A stretch of DNA of 64,000 nt, taken from positions 2,684,329 through 2,748,328 of the forward strand of contig OZ244930.1 in the NCBI GenBank assembly GCA_965222045.1, written 5' to 3'. The notes beneath the pieces are model-generated. The model searched no databases. It worked only from the letters and a program-made list of their open reading frames with translations, and was not told where the DNA came from. This document shows, piece by piece, positions 26,478 through 35,679 of this stretch; position 1 is the stretch's first letter; each line of letters begins with the position of its first letter. The DNA comes from Phycisphaerales bacterium. Its GTDB lineage: Bacteria; Planctomycetota; Phycisphaerae; Phycisphaerales; UBA1924. Position numbers and translations under genes: made by a program.

Positions 26478-27788
26478 TCAGTCCCAGGTGTTGATCGGCT
26501 CGTCCTCGCTCTTCTCCTGCGCCTGAGCTCCTCTGACCTCATCTGGTGCGAAGTGGTCCTGTCGCCAGGATTCGGGGTACTCCGGGTCGTCCATCTCGAT
26601 GCAAGCCTTCGTGGGATACATCGGCCTGAATGTGTCGCACATCACCGCCATCTCATCCGTCCAGGTCTTGCCGAGTGAGGCCTCGACCGTTCCGGGGTGG
26701 GGGCCGTGGGGGATGCCCTGGGGATGAACACTGATCGAGCCCTGCGAGATACCACGCCGGGCTTTGTAGTTGCCCTCGACGTAGTACATGATCTCGTCGG
26801 AATCGATGTTCGAATGGTTGTAGGGCACCGGGATGGCCTCAGGATGAAAATCCAGTGCGCGCGGGCAGAACGAGCAGATCACAAAGTTGTGACCTTCGAA
26901 CGTCTGGTGGATCGGGGGCGGCATGTGCAGCTGCCCGGTGATCGGGGCGAAGTCATGGATGTTGAAGCAGTAGGGGTAGTAGCAGCCGTCCCAGCCGACG
27001 ACCTCAAGCGGGTGGTATGGGTACACATACGAATGCACACTGTCGCGTGCCTTAATGCGTACCTCAAACTCGCCGCGCTCGTCATATGCGAGCGGGTGGT
27101 CTTCGTCCTCGAACGGGACACGGAGATCACGCTCGCAATACGGCGCGTGCTCCAGGAACTGCGACGTCTTCTTCGAGATGTATCTCGGGGGCGGGAGGAT
27201 ATGGCTTGCGTTGCAGGTCTCGAAGCACACAAACTTCCCGTAGGGCATCTCCTCATGTGAGAAGCCGCCGAACTCTTCTTCATCGCTGCCATCGGTCGGG
27301 CGGTCGTTGAAGACGATCTTGTAGATTGTGCCCTTCGGGAGTACGATGTAGTCCTTCTTGCCAAACTTCAGGGTCCCGAACATGGAGTAGATCGTTCCGG
27401 AGCCGAAGTGAACAAAGAGGCATTCGTCCCCCTGGCCGTTTTTGAAGTGGTAGTCCATCTGCTCGGCTGGCTGGCAGACGCTCATCTCCACATCGGTGTT
27501 CCCGAAGATGACGACTCGTCCCTCGACCGGATCGCCGTGCTTCTTCATGTTCTGGGATTTGACGTGACGCATTCGCATCACGTCTTGCTCCACGTACTCA
27601 GGCTTGGTCGAGTAGAGCTTCTTCCAGCCCGTGACCTGGGTTGGGGGGTGAATGTGGTAGAGGATGCTGCTCGGGCCAACGAAGCCCTCGGTTCCGAACA
27701 GTTCTTCTGAGTACAAAGCCCCATCAGGGCGGCGGAACTGTGTGTGGCGCTTCTTGGGCAAATTGCCCATCTTCATGTAGTACGGCAT
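26478..27788 (-). CDS. hmgA: homogentisate 1,2-dioxygenase
   Basis: Full-length HgmA-like cupin. Start MPYYMKMGNLPKKRHTQF at 27788 is preferred (GAGGA 8 nt upstream). ORF-track start is 27803. Confidence 0.85.
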   Translation of the reverse strand: MPYYMKMGNLPKKRHTQFRRPDGALYSEELFGTEGFVGPSSILYHIHPPTQVTGWKKLYSTKPEYVEQDVMRMRHVKSQNMKKHGDPVEGRVVIFGNTDVEMSVCQPAEQMDYHFKNGQGDECLFVHFGSGTIYSMFGTLKFGKKDYIVLPKGTIYKIVFNDRPTDGSDEEEFGGFSHEEMPYGKFVCFETCNASHILPPPRYISKKTSQFLEHAPYCERDLRVPFEDEDHPLAYDERGEFEVRIKARDSVHSYVYPYHPLEVVGWDGCYYPYCFNIHDFAPITGQLHMPPPIHQTFEGHNFVICSFCPRALDFHPEAIPVPYNHSNIDSDEIMYYVEGNYKARRGISQGSISVHPQGIPHGPHPGTVEASLGKTWTDEMAVMCDTFRPMYPTKACIEMDDPEYPESWRQDHFAPDEVRGAQAQEKSEDEPINTWD

Positions 27789-28140
27789 CGAGCCGGTCCT
27801 CATTCTTCCCGTCCCCGAGTTGATCGGTCATGATCAAGTGCGGGTCGGGAGGCGGTTTTGCGGGCCCCGAACGCGTGTAAGGACACGGGGCGGGTCATTC
27901 TAGCAATTCTACGCGATTTCGTGCGTAATTCGAGCAGGTGAGGAGGAAGTCAGTGGGAACCAACTTGAAGCGGAAAGCGTCCGGTTCTGGAGCAAATCTG
28001 CGATGTGGGCCGATGTGAGACTATCGAAAGAAATCCGGGGTGGTTGATCAACGATCGGTTCAGGCGAATAATCCTGACCAAGCACACCCGGAACCTCATC
28101 CACGAAAACTTTCCGGGTACACTGCGAAACAACGAGATTC

Positions 28141-28980
28141 ATGAGCACAAATCGAAACGCAGACTACTTTGGACCATTCAAAATCATCCGCCCGCTGGGA
28201 TCGACCCGCGGCGTGGAAAGGTTTGTGGTGCTTTGCAATAAGACCGACACCAATCGTCTGCTGTACCGATTCCCGATCCAGCCGAATCATCAGCATCGAC
28301 GCGCCCTCTTTGATCAGATGGTCTCGCTGAGCATGCTCGATCATCCGCATCTGCTCAAGATCGAATCTGCGAGTTACGACGACCGCGGCCGCCTTTGCAT
28401 GATCAGCCCGTACCCGGGGAATCATGAAGGCCTGGTCACGCTTGCAGACCTCCTTGGTCAGCACGGTGGGCGATTCACGATCCATGAAGCCGCGAGAGCG
28501 ATCGAGCACCTCCTCTCTGCCAGCGCATACGCCCACGCACGCGGCATCATCCATGGCGTGATCACGCCAGAGCAGATCCTGGTCGACCGATTCGGCTCAA
28601 CGCAGATCGAACTCTACGCACACCCCCCGATGAGCCGATCGAGCGCTGCGCAGTCCCAGTCCCTCCTGACCGACGAAATTCGTTCCATCGCTGAACTCGG
28701 ATACAAGCTGATCACGGGTCTGGATGTGAGCGCTGATCGCATCAGCCCCACACGCGTGCTCAAGCGCCTGGACCGCAACTGGGACACCTGGTTTGACCTC
28801 GGTCTCGATCCGCTCGACGGCTTTGAGAACGCGACGCACGCACTCAACGCGTTGCCAACGAACCCAAACTGTGCAGAGTGGCTGAGCACGACCAGCGTAA
28901 AACGTCCTCAGGTGCACCTGGGATCCGTGATCCGCAGGTTCAGGGCGTCTCCCCAGTCCACGGGCAGGCAGGGCAAGTAA
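28141..28980 (+). CDS. Hanks-type protein kinase-like domain protein, predicted catalytically inactive
   Basis: Kinase-fold landmarks are present (LDHPHLLKI, GRLCMISPYPG, AYAHARGIIHGVITPEQILV), but HRD is HGV, the catalytic-loop K and N are T and Q, and DFG is ELY. Confidence 0.6.
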   Translation: MSTNRNADYFGPFKIIRPLGSTRGVERFVVLCNKTDTNRLLYRFPIQPNHQHRRALFDQMVSLSMLDHPHLLKIESASYDDRGRLCMISPYPGNHEGLVTLADLLGQHGGRFTIHEAARAIEHLLSASAYAHARGIIHGVITPEQILVDRFGSTQIELYAHPPMSRSSAAQSQSLLTDEIRSIAELGYKLITGLDVSADRISPTRVLKRLDRNWDTWFDLGLDPLDGFENATHALNALPTNPNCAEWLSTTSVKRPQVHLGSVIRRFRASPQSTGRQGK

Positions 28981-29005
28981 CCCCTCGACTCGGTCGGTGT
29001 TCACG

Positions 29006-30631
29006 TTATTCTTCCGTGACGCGATCCCCGTCATTGGGCTCGGTCTCATCATCAACAACAAGCAAGTGCTGAATTTTCGCCCGCTGTGAATCGTTTAGCG
29101 CGTCTCCTGCACGCGCGTTCAGCTCGTTGGCAATCCGGGCCTTGAGTTCGTGGTCTGTAGCTTGTCCGATTGCCTGAACCCATGTATCTGGCGATAGCGG
29201 TAGCAGCAGCTCATCATCGAATCGGGCAAGCAGGAGCAGCGCCTGCGATCGAAGATTGATCAGCCTTGTTTGATCGGAAGGGTCAATAGGCGCCCCCTCG
29301 AGCGAGAGCAGCGCCTCGATTACCCTGTTCGGGCGACCTGATTTCAGTTGCAGCTCAGCGAGCTGCAGCACGCCCCGCACCGTGCGTGCGGTGTGGGATT
29401 CTTCGCTATTCACGAGCCGCGACAGGATCGTCATTGTCATCTCGGGTGGGAGCTCCGCGAGCCGAACGGCTTCCCCGAGTTGATCTCGATCGATCTGTCG
29501 CCCCATTCGCAGCAGCATGTCCCTGCGGAGCTGAGGGTCAGACTGAGGGATCTCACTGAGGCGGCGAAGCCCCTCTGGAGTGGACCGGTGCTGAATCAGA
29601 GACTCGGCCGCCGCCTGATACAGGGTTTCGTTCTTTGTGGCGGCGGCAACCAACTCTTCAACAGCACGTGGCGTCTCGACCAGAGCTGTGGCGGCCCAGT
29701 TCACGGTGCTCGTGTCTTCACTGAGCATGAACCCGATGAGCCGACGCAGGTCGTCAGATGATCCGAGCTTTGCCATCAGCTTCATCCCGGCTTCTCGTAT
29801 TGATGCGGGCTCTGCGTCCCGGAGTCTCTTGAGTATCTCGGGATAGTCCGTTTCAGCATCCCAAACTCCCTCCCGCTCCATGGACCACGCCGCGCTGAAG
29901 CAGGCATACAGGGGGGCGTCCTGTCTTCCGATCCAGTGAAGCACACTCTCCTTTGCTTCAGGATTGGGCCAGCGTGCGATCCCGAGCAACATAGGTTCCG
30001 CGGCGATCGGCGTCTCTTCGAGACGCAGGGTGTTCGTGAGGGCCACCATCGCATCAGGTGGGCTGATTCTTGTAATGAGGCGTGCAGACTGAGCACGGAT
30101 TTGCGGAGACTCGCTCTGCAGGAGTTCGCGCACCGCCTGCCCCACGGCATCGCTGAGACTGACAGACGCCGAAAGGTCACGGTCTGCAAGCTCAAAGCCC
30201 AGCAGCTGGTGGCTGGTCCGGGGGTCACGCAGGAGCTCAACAATGAGTTCCGATCGGCGTTCCGGAGAGAGCTCGATGTGAAGGCGACGATAGAGTGCTC
30301 TCATTTCCTGCAGCAGTGCCCGGTTTTGCGAGGCGAGCACCTGGGCAGAATCGGGAGCCGGATCGGAGACCGGCTCTGATGGGGACATCTCCTGGCCCGG
30401 TTCAGGTGATGCGGATTCCTCACGAGCGGATTCATGATCATCATCGGGGTTACGGTGCGTCGGCGCGACCTCAGCCGCATTGGCGCCCCCCTCAATAAGG
30501 GGTGGAATCTGCGCTGGATTTTTTGGGCTGCTGGCACAGGAACTGGCAATGCCAAGTCCGGATAGCATGGCCACCGCGACCAGGGTCACGCTCGGGAAGC
30601 ATCGCAGTTTTGGGGGTGTATCCAGGGACAT
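29006..30631 (-). CDS. hypothetical all-alpha (HEAT/ARM-like) lipoprotein
   Basis: 541 aa with an N-terminal signal and Cys (LSGLGIASSC), a low-complexity acidic/Pro linker, then a long helical-repeat region. Confidence 0.6.
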   Translation of the reverse strand: MSLDTPPKLRCFPSVTLVAVAMLSGLGIASSCASSPKNPAQIPPLIEGGANAAEVAPTHRNPDDDHESAREESASPEPGQEMSPSEPVSDPAPDSAQVLASQNRALLQEMRALYRRLHIELSPERRSELIVELLRDPRTSHQLLGFELADRDLSASVSLSDAVGQAVRELLQSESPQIRAQSARLITRISPPDAMVALTNTLRLEETPIAAEPMLLGIARWPNPEAKESVLHWIGRQDAPLYACFSAAWSMEREGVWDAETDYPEILKRLRDAEPASIREAGMKLMAKLGSSDDLRRLIGFMLSEDTSTVNWAATALVETPRAVEELVAAATKNETLYQAAAESLIQHRSTPEGLRRLSEIPQSDPQLRRDMLLRMGRQIDRDQLGEAVRLAELPPEMTMTILSRLVNSEESHTARTVRGVLQLAELQLKSGRPNRVIEALLSLEGAPIDPSDQTRLINLRSQALLLLARFDDELLLPLSPDTWVQAIGQATDHELKARIANELNARAGDALNDSQRAKIQHLLVVDDETEPNDGDRVTEE

Positions 30632-30779
30632 TGGGTATCAATAAGTGAGATTCTCGGTGTTATCGGCAGTTTGCCGATGAACTCCTGATAGAGAGTCTAG
30701 CATCTGAGATTGATGCGACCTGCCGATCCGGTTACGATTGGCATCGCTCACACGCATGATCGCGGGGCGAGGGAGCACG

Positions 30780-32228
30780 ATGAACGACTGGGTTGATGCC
30801 GAGCACCATGTCGAGAGAGCCCATGAGCATTACGATGCCGGGCGCTGGGATGACGCAGAGAACGAGCTGCGTCAGGCGCTGTCGCTCAATCCATACCAGC
30901 CAGAATGGTATTTCAACCTGGGGCTGACACTCGAAGCGGCCGGGCGACATGCGAAGGCGGCCGAGGCATTCGCGAACTGTTACCGATTGCATTCGGAGAG
31001 CGACCAGCCCGACGCGAACTCCGCGCTCCTCACTGGCGTGAATCTCGTACGCGCGATGCAGCCCGAGCAGGCCCTGAGCTGGTTTGATCGGGCGTCGGAC
31101 ATCGAACCCATGAACGTGGTGATCTCTGTGCACCGCATCGAGGCGTACACGGACCTCGCCCGTCATGAGGATGCCGAAGAGACCTTCTACCTCGCCCAGC
31201 AGATCGACCCAGAGCATGCTGATCTGTATGCTGCCATGGCCGACTCCCTGCTCGCCTCGAATCAGACCGAGCGTGCGGTTTGGTGTCTGCGAGAGGCGGC
31301 CCGTTTGGATCCCGCTCTACCCCGCGTGCAGGCGCGCCTGGCCAAGGCGTACGCTGCTTCTGGTCGGATGGAGCGGGCACGCCAGCTCTACCTGAGGGAT
31401 CTCCGCCTCGATCCGGGCGACATCGATACGCTGCTCGATATGGGAGAACTGCTCCTCGACATGCATCGGTATGCCGAGGCAGGAGAGAAGTTCCGCCGTG
31501 TGCTCGAGCTCGAGGCGGATCAACCCGACGCGCACTTCCTGCTGGGCGAACTCGCCGAGATCGAGGGACGCATTCCAGACGCAATGGTCCACTACGATGT
31601 CGTACTGAGGCTCGACAAGACGTACGCGCGAGTTCGGCTCCGCTTGGCCCGGGTGCTCTTTGCCCGCGGGCGTGAAGAAGACTTGCCGAGGATCCGTGAT
31701 CTGCTCCAACAGGAGCACAAAACACTGCGTGCAGATCTCGACGAAGAGGCCACGGTTCAGTTGCGTTCGTCGGTGATCGATGAGCGGTGCGAGGATCTCG
31801 AAGAGCTCGGCCGACTCATGCTTGATGCCGAGCTGGAGCACGAGGCGGTCAGGGTCTACAAGGCAATGATCGAGTTGCACCCAACAAGTCACCGAGCGCA
31901 TCACGGTCTAAGCGTCGCGCTGCTGCAGTCGGGTCAGTTCGAGCACGGAATCGCGGCAGCCAAGCGGGCGCTGGATACCCAACCCCGGTTCGTTCCCGCG
32001 ATGCACAACCTCGCCCTCGCCTACCTCCGCCAGAGTCAGTGGATCCGCGCCAGGTACTGGGTGCGTCAAGCATCACGCGTTGAGCCGGACGATCCCTCGC
32101 TCCGTCGGCTCCGGATCAAGCTCCGTGTGCATTCCGTTTTTGGGACGTTTGCTTGGGGTGCCCGGAAGCTTGGGGTGCTCATCGCGCCGTTCCGGCTACT
32201 CTTATGGCGCCCTCAACGACAATGCTGA
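30780..32228 (+). CDS. tetratricopeptide (TPR) repeat protein
   Basis: Successive 34-aa TPR units (W..A...L..AL.L.P....A...LG). ATG 30780 has GAGGGAG 4 nt upstream. Confidence 0.75.
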   Translation: MNDWVDAEHHVERAHEHYDAGRWDDAENELRQALSLNPYQPEWYFNLGLTLEAAGRHAKAAEAFANCYRLHSESDQPDANSALLTGVNLVRAMQPEQALSWFDRASDIEPMNVVISVHRIEAYTDLARHEDAEETFYLAQQIDPEHADLYAAMADSLLASNQTERAVWCLREAARLDPALPRVQARLAKAYAASGRMERARQLYLRDLRLDPGDIDTLLDMGELLLDMHRYAEAGEKFRRVLELEADQPDAHFLLGELAEIEGRIPDAMVHYDVVLRLDKTYARVRLRLARVLFARGREEDLPRIRDLLQQEHKTLRADLDEEATVQLRSSVIDERCEDLEELGRLMLDAELEHEAVRVYKAMIELHPTSHRAHHGLSVALLQSGQFEHGIAAAKRALDTQPRFVPAMHNLALAYLRQSQWIRARYWVRQASRVEPDDPSLRRLRIKLRVHSVFGTFAWGARKLGVLIAPFRLLLWRPQRQC

Positions 32229-32231
32229 TTG

Positions 32232-33491
32232 TTATTCCAGCCGATCGCCAAGCAGACGTGCAACTTCAGCGACGTCTTTGTCGCCACGCCCGGACAGGTT
32301 AATGACCAGATGCTGGTCCCTTGGCATCTCCGAGGCGATGCGGACCGCTTTCGCGACCGCGTGCGAGGACTCGAGCGCGGGGATAATCCCCTCATCGCGT
32401 GCGCACCAGAGGAAGCCTTCCAGCGCCTCTTCGTCATCGATCGATGTGTATTCGACGCGCCCAATATCTTTCCAGTAGCCATGCTCTGGGCCGACGCCGG
32501 GGTAGTCGAGACCGGCCGAGCATGAATGGACATCGCTCGTCTGTCCAGACTCGTCCTGCAGGACGTAGCTCATCGATCCATGGAGCACACCGAGCTTGCC
32601 ATGGGTGAGCGGTGCGGCATGCGACCCAAGGCCGCTCCCCCGTCCGCCCGCTTCTACCCCGATCAGGCGGACCTGTTCTTCATCTACGAACGGGTAGAAC
32701 ATGCCCGCGGCGTTCGAACCACCTCCGATACAGGCGACGACGGCGTGAGGCATCGCGCCGATGTGGCGGAGTGACTGCGCCTTGGTTTCACGCCCGATGA
32801 CGGACTGGAAGTCACGCACGATCATCGGGAAGGGGTGGGGGCCCACGACCGATCCGAGAATGTAATGGGTGTTCTCGACTGAGCCCATCCAGTCGCGCAT
32901 CGCCTCATTCGTTGCATCCTTCAGCGTGCGGGAGCCATCTTCTACGGGTATGACGCGTGCACCAAGCATCTTCATCCGCGTCACATTCAGGTTCTGCCGA
33001 CGGATATCCTCGGCCCCCATGTAGACATCGCAGTCGAGCCCGAAGTATGCCGCGGCGGTCGCTGTTGCGACGCCGTGCTGACCCGCGCCGGTCTCGGCAA
33101 TGACGCGTTTCTTGCCCATCTTCTTCGTGAGCAATGCTTGCCCGATGGTGTTGTTGATCTTGTGCGCACCAGTGTGTGCCAGATCCTCACGCTTGAGCCA
33201 GATGGTCGCGCCCAGATCCTTGTTGTCGTTCATTCCGCGTGCACGCTTGCTCAGGCCATATGCCTGCTGCAGGGGTGTCGGTCGTCCGATGTAGACCCGG
33301 TTGAGTTCGCCGAGTCGGTCCCAGAACTGTTTGTCATCCTGAACCTTGATGTAGACCTCTTCGAGCTGATGCAGCGCTTCAATCAGCGTCTCTGGAACAT
33401 ACACACCGCCGCATTGACCGTACCAGCCCCGCTCGTTCGGGACGTGGCTGATCGGCAGTGGGAGAGATGATCCAGAATCGGCATTTGACAT
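32232..33491 (-). CDS. trpB: tryptophan synthase beta chain
   Basis: [12 protein letters not shown]-lysine motif, GGGSNAAG, full-length TrpB homology. Confidence 0.96.
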   Translation of the reverse strand: MSNADSGSSLPLPISHVPNERGWYGQCGGVYVPETLIEALHQLEEVYIKVQDDKQFWDRLGELNRVYIGRPTPLQQAYGLSKRARGMNDNKDLGATIWLKREDLAHTGAHKINNTIGQALLTKKMGKKRVIAETGAGQHGVATATAAAYFGLDCDVYMGAEDIRRQNLNVTRMKMLGARVIPVEDGSRTLKDATNEAMRDWMGSVENTHYILGSVVGPHPFPMIVRDFQSVIGRETKAQSLRHIGAMPHAVVACIGGGSNAAGMFYPFVDEEQVRLIGVEAGGRGSGLGSHAAPLTHGKLGVLHGSMSYVLQDESGQTSDVHSCSAGLDYPGVGPEHGYWKDIGRVEYTSIDDEEALEGFLWCARDEGIIPALESSHAVAKAVRIASEMPRDQHLVINLSGRGDKDVAEVARLLGDRLE

Positions 33492-33529
33492 GGGGAATAC
33501 CTCGCGATGAACTCAGCAAGTGTATGCGT

Positions 33530-34855
33530 TCACAGGATTGGGGGCTTCTGCGTCCTGTTGATGGTGCGTTCGCCGCGCCGTGCCGCTCGGATGCCCGAGA
33601 TCACGTCAACACGAAGAAACAGGAGCAGCCCGGCAGTGAAGAAGCAGATCAAGAGTCCCATGGCCCAGAGGTCGCCGACCCACGCCTTGATCTGCCCGAA
33701 CGCGAGCACGCCGATGGCGCCGGAAAGTTTGTACGTCATCCCCCAGAGACCGAAAAACTCGGCGGTTCGGTGACGAGGGGCGAACATGCCAACGATGGTC
33801 CTGCTCGCCGTCCCAATCCCGCCAAGCCCAATCCCGATCCCGTTCCCGATCGCCCAGAACATCCATTGGGGCGGGGATTCGCTATAGGAGAACTTGACCA
33901 GAAAGAGACCAGACGCGCTGACGATCCATACGACAAGAAATGTGATGATCGTCGCACGCACACCGATCCGATCCTGAAACCTCGAGACAAATATCGCCGT
34001 GATCCCCGCGGTGAGCGTGAGCTGAAGCGTGAACCAGATGAGGTTTGTGTCGCTGATTCCGAAGTCGCGTGCGATGATCGCGGCAAAGGCGATCATGGTC
34101 TGGATACCGAAGCCATAGATGAGGAACGCGCCGAGAAAACGGACGAGCTGCTTGTAATCGGATGCGTGCTCGATGGTGAGCCGAAGGCGGGCGATCGCGG
34201 ATTCCGGCGCATTCCCCCGCAGCTGAGGATTCGATGGCTCCTCAAGGTACAACGCCGCCGGGATGATGCCGAGCCCAAACCACGCGGCCGCGATGATGAA
34301 GAAAGGCGGCCAATCCAGCGTCGCGGACCAGCCCAGCGTCTTCATCAGCAGCCCGATGAATACCAGGATCAGCAGACCACCCGCGTAGCCCATGGTCCAG
34401 CCGATCGCAGACACCCGGCCCATCGTGCGCGTCGTAGAGAGCGAAGGGAGGAAGCTCGCGAGCAGGTTCTCGCCGAGCTGATACAGGATATTTGCGGGTA
34501 CAAAGAGCAGGAGCGCATACCAGCCCCAGCCCTGTTGGACGAGTGCGAGACTCGCAGTCAAGAGGATGCACATCGCGCCCGAGCCGAGCAGGAGCTTTTT
34601 GCGAGCCCGGTGACCATCGGCGTACGCCCCAACAAACGGAGAGAGCAGCACAACGATGAAGAGTGCGACCGATATCCCTGCTGCCCAGAGCGCATCTCCA
34701 CGCTGCTTGTCACCGACCGCGACCTCCTTGAAGTAGATCGGGAACAGCACGGTGATAATCAGCAGCGTGAATGACTGGTTCGCGAGATCGAACATCCCCC
34801 AGGCCCAGACCTCGCGAGGGTTGGGGAGCGATCGGAATGGAGGGGGCCAGCGCAT
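33530..34855 (-). CDS. MFS transporter, UMF1 (Atg22-like) family
   Basis: 441 aa, about 12 TM helices. The N-terminal WAWGMFDLANQSF is typical of the UMF1 family. Confidence 0.8.
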   Translation of the reverse strand: MRWPPPFRSLPNPREVWAWGMFDLANQSFTLLIITVLFPIYFKEVAVGDKQRGDALWAAGISVALFIVVLLSPFVGAYADGHRARKKLLLGSGAMCILLTASLALVQQGWGWYALLLFVPANILYQLGENLLASFLPSLSTTRTMGRVSAIGWTMGYAGGLLILVFIGLLMKTLGWSATLDWPPFFIIAAAWFGLGIIPAALYLEEPSNPQLRGNAPESAIARLRLTIEHASDYKQLVRFLGAFLIYGFGIQTMIAFAAIIARDFGISDTNLIWFTLQLTLTAGITAIFVSRFQDRIGVRATIITFLVVWIVSASGLFLVKFSYSESPPQWMFWAIGNGIGIGLGGIGTASRTIVGMFAPRHRTAEFFGLWGMTYKLSGAIGVLAFGQIKAWVGDLWAMGLLICFFTAGLLLFLRVDVISGIRAARRGERTINRTQKPPIL

Positions 34856-34860
34856 GGGCC

Positions 34861-35679
34861 TCAGTCTACGCCAACAACGCGCCGAATGAACTCGAGCTGG
34901 ATGTTCTTCGCATCGTTCGCGTAGCGACCGAATCCCGCGTGCTCCTGTGGGGCCCCGGTCTCGGTGAACGTTTTCAGTTCGATCAGGTCCGGATCAGCAC
35001 CGGAAGACTCGTAGTGCGAGCGGAGCGAATCGAGAAAGAGACGCTGTCCTCCGATCGGGACCATCTCGTCCCCCTCGTTGTGGAGGGCGAGCAGCGGTAT
35101 GGGGTCAAAGGCGCTGAGATTCTCGATTGGATCAACCTCAGCGACCGTCGCTGAGTCGTGCTCGACCGGCCACGGGCGGCCGGGCATCCCCGGTGGGGGG
35201 GCATAGAGGTGCCTGAGATTCCCGGTTGTGCCCTCGACACAGGCCCCGATGAACGGTTGGGGGGAGCACAGCCGGCTCAGGGTCACCATGCCCCCGGCCG
35301 ACATGCCTCCGATCATCAGGCGTGACATGTCGAACTGGCCGATCTCACGAATCGAGGCCACCACGCCGTCGATCTCCTCACGTGCCTGAGCAATCAGGTC
35401 CAGCGTTTTTTCGGGCCCCTGATACGCCTTAATGTACCGTTCTCCGTGCCCAGGCAGGTCCAGCGCAATCGCGCCGATCCCTGAACGGATCCAGCGTTGA
35501 TACCGCCCCGGATCAAGTTCCTTGTTTACGCTCCGCCCGTGCATCCATATCACCGCGGGGACCTGTGTGCCTTCATCCCAGTGTGGGTGTGCGACCAGGG
35601 CCGGCACGTCCTCGCCGAGTCGGAGATAGCGAGACTTCTCTTCGAGTGATCTCGGCAGCTTCGAGAATCGCGGGTCCAT
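34861..35679 (-). CDS. alpha/beta hydrolase (dienelactone hydrolase / S9 peptidase-like)
   Basis: Nucleophile elbow GGMSAGG, a downstream Asp and His (HNEGDEMVP ... EHAGF). Confidence 0.8.
   Translation of the reverse strand: MDPRFSKLPRSLEEKSRYLRLGEDVPALVAHPHWDEGTQVPAVIWMHGRSVNKELDPGRYQRWIRSGIGAIALDLPGHGERYIKAYQGPEKTLDLIAQAREEIDGVVASIREIGQFDMSRLMIGGMSAGGMVTLSRLCSPQPFIGACVEGTTGNLRHLYAPPPGMPGRPWPVEHDSATVAEVDPIENLSAFDPIPLLALHNEGDEMVPIGGQRLFLDSLRSHYESSGADPDLIELKTFTETGAPQEHAGFGRYANDAKNIQLEFIRRVVGVD

Noticed and set aside
9086-27803. hppD and hmgA as a tyrosine-catabolism island.
   Set aside because: The two genes are 16 kb apart and separated by unrelated core genes (smc, uvrB). No maleylacetoacetate isomerase or fumarylacetoacetase is present in the window. 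They are simply dispersed pathway genes.
33458-34774. 438-aa plus-strand ORF antisense to the MFS transporter gene.
   Set aside because: The translation is extremely Arg/Asp/Glu/Pro-rich, with no hydrophobic core or motifs. The opposite strand encodes a clean 12-TM transporter.
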